Sequence record: SRR31156797_8021 | Length of the DNA: 54,523 nucleotides | Reading direction: 5' to 3' (one strand) | Shown here: piece after piece, positions 47,901 through 54,523 of the stretch | Layout: each line of letters begins with the position of its first letter | How positions within the stretch are numbered: the stretch's first letter is position 1 | Program-made: the position numbers and the translations under genes | The notes under the pieces: model-generated | What the model was told of the DNA's origin: nothing | Databases searched by the model: none | What the model saw: the letters and a program-made list of their open reading frames with translations, nothing else

Positions 47901-48116
47901 ATTTCTAATGTCATAACGACCATCATCCTGAGTAATGGTTCCATATTGAGTTCCTGTTGGAGTGTGAGTAGCTACCACAGTGGCTGCAAAAACAGGAGTA
48001 TTGTTTGGATCTACAATTTTACCACGCATAGACGAGGTAGTAACCCCTTGTGAAAAAGCATCAGGCATTAAAAATGCCACAATTGCAAAGAGCAACAATA
48101 ATTTCAATTTGTTCAT
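44934..48116 (-). CDS. TonB-dependent receptor, Oar-like, with carboxypeptidase-regulatory-like N-domain
   Basis: Signal peptide, [13 protein letters not shown], plug motif [24 protein letters not shown] and C-terminal QIGLRYIFN. Confidence 0.92.
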   Translation of the reverse strand: [1060 protein letters not shown]

Positions 48117-48479
48117 AGTATAAAGATTAGATTATAATTAGGTGATATTAAAATACAAAAAAAACAAAAACAAACCCGCATGTCTTTATTTCAATTTCAC
48201 TATCTATCAACGCCTTACCATCATAATCAAATACTGATACTGTTAACTTATATTGAATTCAACAGAAATTATATATCCTCACAAGCTCTCAAAAACAAGA
48301 CCGACACAACTAATTGTTTATCATACTTTTACGATTCATATCTTTATTTATAATAAACTGTTTTTAAATAATCAAGTTGATAAAAAGCTTATACTATTTT
48401 TTTTGAGAGAAGATTACAGAATTGCGAAAAAATTATAATTTCACGAAGAATAAATTACCGTAGCGATAATCCCACAACA

Positions 48480-49313
48480 ATGGAAAATATAAACCAATTC
48501 ATAAATTATCCTTTAATTACCTCAAAATCAATCAACATCAATCTTTATCATCTATTGATAATAATTGCATTACTTTTTACCACTATTTTTATTCTTAGGT
48601 TAATTAAAAGGATCTTTAAAAGATTAGTAGCTGAAGATAAAATTGATCAGGGAAGTGGAACATCAATTTATCTAATCATTAAATACATAACATGGGTCTG
48701 TATTATTGCCTTTAGCCTTGATACTATTGGGGTTAAACTTACCTTGCTTATTGCGAGTTCGGCTGCCCTACTTGTAGGTGTTGGTTTAGGTATCCAACAA
48801 ATCTTTCATGATATTGCTTCCGGGATCATCTTACTTTTTGAAAGAAATCTTAAAGTGAATGATATTATTGAGTTAGAAAACGAAATTGTAGGAAAAGTTG
48901 CAGAAATTGGTCTTAGAACTTCAAAAATTCTGACACGTGATAACATTATCATGATTATACCTAACTCGAAATTAATTAGTGACAATGTAATTAATTGGAG
49001 TCACAATGAAACCATAACCCGGTTTAATGTACAAGTAGGTGTTGCTTATGGATCAAATGTAGAAATGGTTGAAAAGGTGCTTTTGAAAGTAGCAGAAGAA
49101 CATCCTGATATAGCTAAGAAAAGAAAACCATTTGTTCGATTTATCAATTTTGGAGATTCCTCTCTCGATTTTAAATTGTTTTTCTGGTCGAAAAAAAGCT
49201 TCATGGTTGAATTTATAAAAAGTGATTTGCGATTTGCAATCAATAAGGAATTTGAAAAAAATAACATCACCATACCTTTTCCACAAAGAGATGTTCACAT
49301 CAAAAATAATTAG
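48480..49313 (+). CDS. Small-conductance mechanosensitive channel (MscS family)
   Basis: VGVGLGIQ, IGLRTS, IPNSKL, VGVAYGS, FGDSSL and IPFPQRD motifs. Confidence 0.95.
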   Translation: MENINQFINYPLITSKSININLYHLLIIIALLFTTIFILRLIKRIFKRLVAEDKIDQGSGTSIYLIIKYITWVCIIAFSLDTIGVKLTLLIASSAALLVGVGLGIQQIFHDIASGIILLFERNLKVNDIIELENEIVGKVAEIGLRTSKILTRDNIIMIIPNSKLISDNVINWSHNETITRFNVQVGVAYGSNVEMVEKVLLKVAEEHPDIAKKRKPFVRFINFGDSSLDFKLFFWSKKSFMVEFIKSDLRFAINKEFEKNNITIPFPQRDVHIKNN

Positions 49314-49320
49314 GGCAATT

Positions 49321-49348
49321 AAAAAGGGTATCCTAATTGGATACCCTT
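49321..49348. terminator. Intrinsic terminator between convergent genes
   Basis: AAAAAGGGTATCC-TAATT-GGATACCCTT. Confidence 0.8.
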
Positions 49349-49369
49349 CATTAATAAAGTGAAATCTTC

Positions 49370-50392
49370 TTACTCACTCCATATTTTACTTTCCTGATTG
49401 ATATACCAAATCTTTCCTGATTTTCCCTTACCAAAAGCAATAAACTGTTTCGATGTTGTTTCGATGGTTATTCCATTAAAATTTAAGCTATTTGAATAAA
49501 TAAAATTCTTAGAATAGTATTGTTTTTGTTGATTGTACACTTTCATCAGTTCCATTTTTAAAGCAAAATCCAAATCCTTTTTAGGCAACAAATTTCCTTT
49601 AACTTTTTCAGAAAACTCAACAAATGCCCATGTTTCTGGTTGGTGCATAGCTATCACACCTTGAGGAGACCAAACCCAATTGCTTTCAGGAAATGCTTTA
49701 TTCGTTTTAGGGTTAATCTTTTTCTTGTATTTTCCATCCTTTACTTTCATTTTCCAATTGACTCTTGAAAAATTCACTCTCCATTGCTCACCATCTTTTG
49801 GCTTTCTTCCTTCAGGAGCACATTCCTTTAAAACCTGCCAAGGAAAAGCAATTTCCAGAGTCCATTTTTCATCCTCATCATTCGGATTGTTTAGTGTCCC
49901 ATAAATCTTAACTGCAGATTTTACCCCTTGTATATCCCATGCATTGATCGCTGGAGCGCCATCTCGGTATGGTTTTGCAATTAACAAATCCCACACCGTA
50001 TTTAAAGCATTCATTTCAAATTCATAATACCGATGATTATCTCCTTGCGGATCAATAAAGACCTCAAAATCGTTATCATAGAAGATCACCGTATCACGCT
50101 GTTTAAGTTTTGCCCAAATATGTGGCTCTTCAATTTCTGCTGCTACATAAAAATAATTTTCATCCCATAGCATTTTGGCGCGAGTCTTATATTCAGGTTT
50201 TGGTTTCTTATCTCCTTCTATATCCACAAAATAATTAGTCCAGGGAGCATTCTCCCACTCCTGCTCACTAATAATTCCATCAACATTTATCGATTCCGCT
50301 GATTTGTAACACATGTACGACTCGGGATAAGATTGAGCAAACAAATTCCCAAAGCAATATATTGCGATTAGTACCGTAAGTAATTTCTTCAT
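49370..50392 (-). CDS. Carbohydrate-binding family 9-like protein
   Basis: Signal peptide, KMLWDE..FY, DNDFEVFIDP, WTLEIAFPW, WRVNFSRV and WVWSPQG motifs. Confidence 0.88.
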   Translation of the reverse strand: MKKLLTVLIAIYCFGNLFAQSYPESYMCYKSAESINVDGIISEQEWENAPWTNYFVDIEGDKKPKPEYKTRAKMLWDENYFYVAAEIEEPHIWAKLKQRDTVIFYDNDFEVFIDPQGDNHRYYEFEMNALNTVWDLLIAKPYRDGAPAINAWDIQGVKSAVKIYGTLNNPNDEDEKWTLEIAFPWQVLKECAPEGRKPKDGEQWRVNFSRVNWKMKVKDGKYKKKINPKTNKAFPESNWVWSPQGVIAMHQPETWAFVEFSEKVKGNLLPKKDLDFALKMELMKVYNQQKQYYSKNFIYSNSLNFNGITIETTSKQFIAFGKGKSGKIWYINQESKIWSE

Positions 50393-50597
50393 TTTATTTA
50401 AAAATTGTTTGAGTTTCTATTTGGCTAATCTAATGATAAAATTTTGTAATATTTCACTCTAAAACCCTCGTAAGATGGGAGAAATACGAAGAAATTCTTT
50501 GAAAACATACTACTAAACAGGTTTAGTTCCTTCCTAAATAATTTAATAATTAATTGTATTGTTTTAATTTTAAAAGCTAATTCAAAATTCAACTATC

Positions 50598-51116
50598 ATG
50601 CTTGATATATTATTTAAGAGAAGAAGCGTAAGAAGATATACTAACACATCCATCGATCAGGATAAAATAGACAGAATACTAAAAGCTGGACTATTGGCTC
50701 CATCATCAAAAAGTAAATATCCTTGGGAATTTATTTTATGCAATAAGCCAGAACTTAATCAGAAACTATCCGAATGTAAACCTCATGGCGCCAGTTTTCT
50801 TAAACACGCCCCAGTGTCAATAGTGATTACCGGAGATGAATCGTTAAGTGATGTTTGGATAGAAGATTGCTCTATTGCAGCTGGATTCATGCTATTACAA
50901 GCAGAAAAAGAAGATATTGGAGCATGCTGGATTCAAGTACGAGAACGTCCGCACAATGATACAATAGATGCGGAGGAATACATTAAAAACCTTTTAGAGA
51001 TTCCTAAATCGCAACGAATTTTAGCAATTATAGCCTTAGGCAATAAAGACGGAACTAAAGATAGACGAGAAGAATCATTCCTCAAGAAAGATAAAATTCA
51101 CATTAATAAATTTTAA
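50598..51116 (+). CDS. Nitroreductase family protein
   Basis: RRSVRRY, APSSK..PWEF, WIEDCSIA and IGACWIQ motifs. Confidence 0.93.
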   Translation: MLDILFKRRSVRRYTNTSIDQDKIDRILKAGLLAPSSKSKYPWEFILCNKPELNQKLSECKPHGASFLKHAPVSIVITGDESLSDVWIEDCSIAAGFMLLQAEKEDIGACWIQVRERPHNDTIDAEEYIKNLLEIPKSQRILAIIALGNKDGTKDRREESFLKKDKIHINKF

Positions 51117-51154
51117 AATAAAACGGAAACTCAAAAGGTTTCCGTTTTATTTTT
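51115..51154 (+). terminator. Intrinsic terminator
   Basis: AAAATAAAACGGAAAC-N7-GTTTCCGTTTTATTTT. Confidence 0.85.
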
Positions 51155-51249
51155 CTCTCAAAATTAGTAACTTCTGCCTTCTTTAGAAATTATATCAACG
51201 AAAGTGTAAATACAGTACTCTTTTAGCTTATTCAAATTCATACTGTCCC

Positions 51250-52926
51250 ATGATACGAACAAGGTGGTTTTTAATATTTTTGCTCGCTCAATTGTTCATT
51301 CTGTCATGTGCTCCGAAAAATGAAGATATTTTAACCACAAAAGAAAAAGAATGGTTAAAAAAACATCCAAATATTAAGATTGCTGTAAGTACAACATTTG
51401 CTCCATTTCAATATCTTGATAAAAACAATAAATCAATTGGTATATCTGTTGATATTCTAAATCAGATAGAAGAAAATATCAATTATCAATTTGATAAAAT
51501 CTATTTCGACAATTGGTCTAACATACTAGAAGCTGGTAAAGCTGGCAAAGTAGATGCAATACTAGAAATTCAGGAGACAATGGATAGGAGGAAGTATTTT
51601 CATTTTACACATCCATTTATCACTCTTCCCCACTCCATTCTAATGAGAGATGATGCAGAAGATCATATTTCTTTAGATGAAATGGAAAATCTCAAAATTG
51701 GTGTTGTTCAAAACTACGCGGTTCATGAGCATATTAAACTTCTTTATCCTGAACTAAAATTAGTTGCATTAGCCGATGATTTGACCTGCCTTAGAGAGTT
51801 ATATTCTAAAAATATCGATGCTGTCATCACCCAACAAGGATATGCTATTTACCTAATTCACAAAGAAATAATTCCCAACCTTAAAATAGTTGGTGATGTA
51901 GGATATGATAATATTTTAGGAATAGGATCCAGAAAAGATTGGCCTATTTTGACCAGAATATTGGATAAAGGTCTTGCACAAATAAGTCCTAAAGAGCAAA
52001 ATGCAATTTACAATCAGTATATACCTATACAAGTACGTCCATTTTGGCAAAAAGCTGTATTTTGGATTGTACTTATTTCAGTAATGCTTGGTTTAGTACT
52101 AAGTATATTAGTAGTTTCTATCTGGAACAAAACGCTCAGAAAAAGAGTAAGTTTAAAAACCAAGGAATTAACCGAAGCGAAAAATAAAGCAGAAGAAAGC
52201 AATCAATTAAAAAGCTCTTTTCTAGCCAACATGTCTCACGAAATCAGAACTCCCTTAAATGCAATTCAAGGGTTTTCAGAACTTATAAGTTCCAAAGATT
52301 TAGATCTGACAAAAAAGGAGAAATTTGCCAATATCATAAATACCAACTGTCAATCCTTAACTCATTTAATTGATGAAATATTAGATTTATCAAAAATTGA
52401 ATCGGGGCAAATAAAACTAATTGATCAGAAATTTGATCTTATCACATCCATAAATGAGATAATAAGTATACAACAACAAAACATTCCTTCGCACAAAAAG
52501 ATTATCATTCAATTTGTAAATCAGTTACAGTCAAAATCCTTCCATTTGATATCTGATCCATTTCGATTCAAGCAAATTTTAAACAATCTAATCGAGAATT
52601 CCATAAAATTTACGGATAATGGATACATTCAAATTTACGCTAGTTTCAACAGTGATTCTGAAGTAATATTTTGTGTGGAAGACTCAGGAATTGGTATAGA
52701 GGAATCGGCCCTTAATTTTATTTTTGACCGATTCCGTAAGATCGAAATTGACAATACAGTTCTTTACCGAGGATCGGGACTTGGCTTAAATATTTGCAAA
52801 AAATTACTTCAATTAATGGATGGACAAATTTGGGTAAAATCGACTCCTGGTGAAGGATCCTCATTTTACTTTACCCTCCCAATTAAGCAAGAAACTAAAT
52901 GGCGTGACGCTGTTTCAACAAATTAA
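51250..52926 (+). CDS. Orphan sensor histidine kinase with periplasmic solute-binding (BvgS/EvgS-like) domain
   Basis: Lipobox-like ILSC, PBP domain (LTTKEKEWLKKHP, RKDWPIL), TM, FLANMSHEIRTPLN, DSGIGI and GSGLGL motifs. No receiver domain. Confidence 0.92.
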   Translation: MIRTRWFLIFLLAQLFILSCAPKNEDILTTKEKEWLKKHPNIKIAVSTTFAPFQYLDKNNKSIGISVDILNQIEENINYQFDKIYFDNWSNILEAGKAGKVDAILEIQETMDRRKYFHFTHPFITLPHSILMRDDAEDHISLDEMENLKIGVVQNYAVHEHIKLLYPELKLVALADDLTCLRELYSKNIDAVITQQGYAIYLIHKEIIPNLKIVGDVGYDNILGIGSRKDWPILTRILDKGLAQISPKEQNAIYNQYIPIQVRPFWQKAVFWIVLISVMLGLVLSILVVSIWNKTLRKRVSLKTKELTEAKNKAEESNQLKSSFLANMSHEIRTPLNAIQGFSELISSKDLDLTKKEKFANIINTNCQSLTHLIDEILDLSKIESGQIKLIDQKFDLITSINEIISIQQQNIPSHKKIIIQFVNQLQSKSFHLISDPFRFKQILNNLIENSIKFTDNGYIQIYASFNSDSEVIFCVEDSGIGIEESALNFIFDRFRKIEIDNTVLYRGSGLGLNICKKLLQLMDGQIWVKSTPGEGSSFYFTLPIKQETKWRDAVSTN

Positions 52927-53515
52927 CTACGTCCTCCAGAATATATCCTTTTGCCGACAATAGCACCAAATAATGGAACATCAAGTCGGCAGCTTCTCCC
53001 ATAAATAAATCTTTATTGTCATCTTTGGCTTCAATCACCAATTCAACAGCTTCCTCTCCTACCTTTTGTGCAATTTTATTCATTCCTTTTTGAAACAAAC
53101 TTGCCGTATACGATTTCTCTGATTGATTTTTCTTTCTTTCGGCAATAACCTGCTGCAATTGCAAAAGAAAATCAATTGAACCAGCCTTATTCTCCTCATT
53201 CCAACATGTGTCAGTTCCTTTATGACACACCGGACCAATTGGATCCACTTTTATCAAAAGAGTATCATTATCACAATCCAAGTTCAAATCTTTTAAGTTT
53301 AAAAAATTACCACTTTCTTCCCCTTTCGTCCATAACCTCTTCTTACTACGACTATAAAACGTCACTTTTCCACTTTCAATGGTTTTCTCGTAGGACTCTT
53401 TATTCATATATCCTAACATTAAAACCTTTTGTGTTTTCACATCTTGTATAATTGCAGGAACTAGTCCATCTCCTTTATTAAAATCAATTTGATTTGTTAG
53501 ATTTTTAAAATTCAT
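52895..53515 (-). CDS. hisIE: Bifunctional phosphoribosyl-AMP cyclohydrolase / phosphoribosyl-ATP pyrophosphatase
   Basis: GLVPAIIQD, LWTKGEESG, DCDNDTLL, CH.G..TC, KVGEEAVE and EAADL motifs. Confidence 0.97.
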   Translation of the reverse strand: MNFKNLTNQIDFNKGDGLVPAIIQDVKTQKVLMLGYMNKESYEKTIESGKVTFYSRSKKRLWTKGEESGNFLNLKDLNLDCDNDTLLIKVDPIGPVCHKGTDTCWNEENKAGSIDFLLQLQQVIAERKKNQSEKSYTASLFQKGMNKIAQKVGEEAVELVIEAKDDNKDLFMGEAADLMFHYLVLLSAKGYILEDVVNLLKQRHAI

Positions 53516-53537
53516 ATGTTTACTCTTATTGTGGTTA

Positions 53538-54293
53538 TTATATTCTTGTCGGTATTCCTTTATTTTTTAGATATTTCTTCAATTCGGGGATTTCAATTTC
53601 CTTAAAATGAAAAACACTTGCCGCCAGGGCTGCGTCTGCTTTTCCATGAATAAAGGTATCTGCAAAATGTTCCATATTTCCTGCTCCTCCCGAAGCTATA
53701 ACAGGAATGTTTACCATTTCGGATATCTTTGCCAAAGTTTCATTAGCAAATCCATTTTTGGTTCCATCGTGATTCATGGAAGTGAACAAAATCTCTCCTG
53801 CACCTAGTTTTTCTGCTTTCAAAATCCATTCAAACAAATCAATTCCTGTGGCAAGTCTTCCTCCATTTAAATACACTTCCCAATTGCCATTAACACATTT
53901 CGCATCTACTGCCAAGACAACACACTGGCTTCCAAAACGTGATGCCAAATCGGAAATTAACTTCGGATTGCGAACCGCCGAAGAATTAATCGAAACCTTA
54001 TCAGCTCCCGCATTCAATAACATTTCAACATCTTCGGGTGTAGAAATTCCACCTCCAACAGTAAAAGGAATGTTTAGTTCTTTAGCCACTTTCTGAACCA
54101 AATCAACTAAGGTTTTTCTTTTTTCATGTGTTGCCGTGATATCTAAAAGCACCAACTCATCAGCTCCTTGTTCTGCATAAAAAGCCGCCAGTTCAACGGC
54201 ATCTCCTGCATCTCTCAAATCAACAAAGTTTACTCCTTTTACAGTTCTTCCATCTTTTACATCCAAACAAGGAATTATTCTTTTTGATAGCAT
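53538..54293 (-). CDS. hisF: Imidazole glycerol phosphate synthase cyclase subunit
   Basis: [26 protein letters not shown] and PVIASGGAG motifs. Confidence 0.98.
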   Translation of the reverse strand: MLSKRIIPCLDVKDGRTVKGVNFVDLRDAGDAVELAAFYAEQGADELVLLDITATHEKRKTLVDLVQKVAKELNIPFTVGGGISTPEDVEMLLNAGADKVSINSSAVRNPKLISDLASRFGSQCVVLAVDAKCVNGNWEVYLNGGRLATGIDLFEWILKAEKLGAGEILFTSMNHDGTKNGFANETLAKISEMVNIPVIASGGAGNMEHFADTFIHGKADAALAASVFHFKEIEIPELKKYLKNKGIPTRI

Positions 54294-54295
54294 AA

Positions 54296-54523
54296 TTACA
54301 GTATAAATTCACGAACTAACTCCTTCATATCTATGCGTTTTTCATAAATAGCTTTGCCGATTATAACGCCCCAACAGCCAATCTCATTCAAAATTCGCAC
54401 ATCATTTATATCACCTACGCCTCCACTGGCAATCAGTTCCAATTCAGGAAATTCCTGCATTATACCATTGTACAATTCAACAGCCGGACCTTGCAACATT
54501 CCATCTTTTGAAATATCAGTACA
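54296..54523 (-). CDS. hisA: ProFAR isomerase (3' part; truncated by window edge)
   Basis: Frame is open to the edge: [13 protein letters not shown]...IASGGV...IIGKAIYE. Directly upstream of hisF. Confidence 0.95.
   Translation of the reverse strand, partial: CTDISKDGMLQGPAVELYNGIMQEFPELELIASGGVGDINDVRILNEIGCWGVIIGKAIYEKRIDMKELVREFIL

Noticed and set aside
48253-48438. 61-aa intergenic ORF between the TonB receptor and MscS genes
   Set aside because: TTG start, AT-rich promoter-like DNA and no motif.
963-54096. Remaining short (60-120 aa) ORFs in the track that overlap larger genes
   Set aside because: All lie antisense or out of frame within well-supported CDSs and lack independent signals.

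Overview
AT-rich bacterial chromosomal window. Gene content and recurrent TAnnTTTG -7 promoter boxes point to Bacteroidota, probably a marine or anaerobic Marinifilaceae-like organism (inference). It runs from the 3' part of uvrA to the 3' end of the his operon (hisA partial, hisF, hisIE). It contains an OmpR-type two-component system, a CPA antiporter with TrkA domains, pheA, a tripartite RND efflux operon, two exported redoxins, map, ggt, a TonB-dependent receptor and MscS. It also contains a surface-glycan locus predicted to make 2-hydroxyethylphosphonate (PEP mutase, phosphonopyruvate decarboxylase, Fe-ADH reductase, two TagF-like transferases, IspD/TarI-like, Wzi, LPS kinase). No tRNA, rRNA, CRISPR-Cas, transposase or integrase was recognised. 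The strongest non-obvious signal is upstream of pheA: two complete Phe-codon leader-peptide attenuators in tandem, each with a leader ORF, antiterminator and terminator. Other leads are a five-tract G-quadruplex motif upstream of the putative K+ antiporter, two candidate orphan small RNAs (about 23.85 kb and 42.9 kb), a 5 x 42-bp palindromic repeat array beside a REP-like palindrome, and a shared 20-bp direct-repeat operator linking a Cys-rich secreted peptide and the redoxin operon. All RNA structures were paired by eye, not computed.
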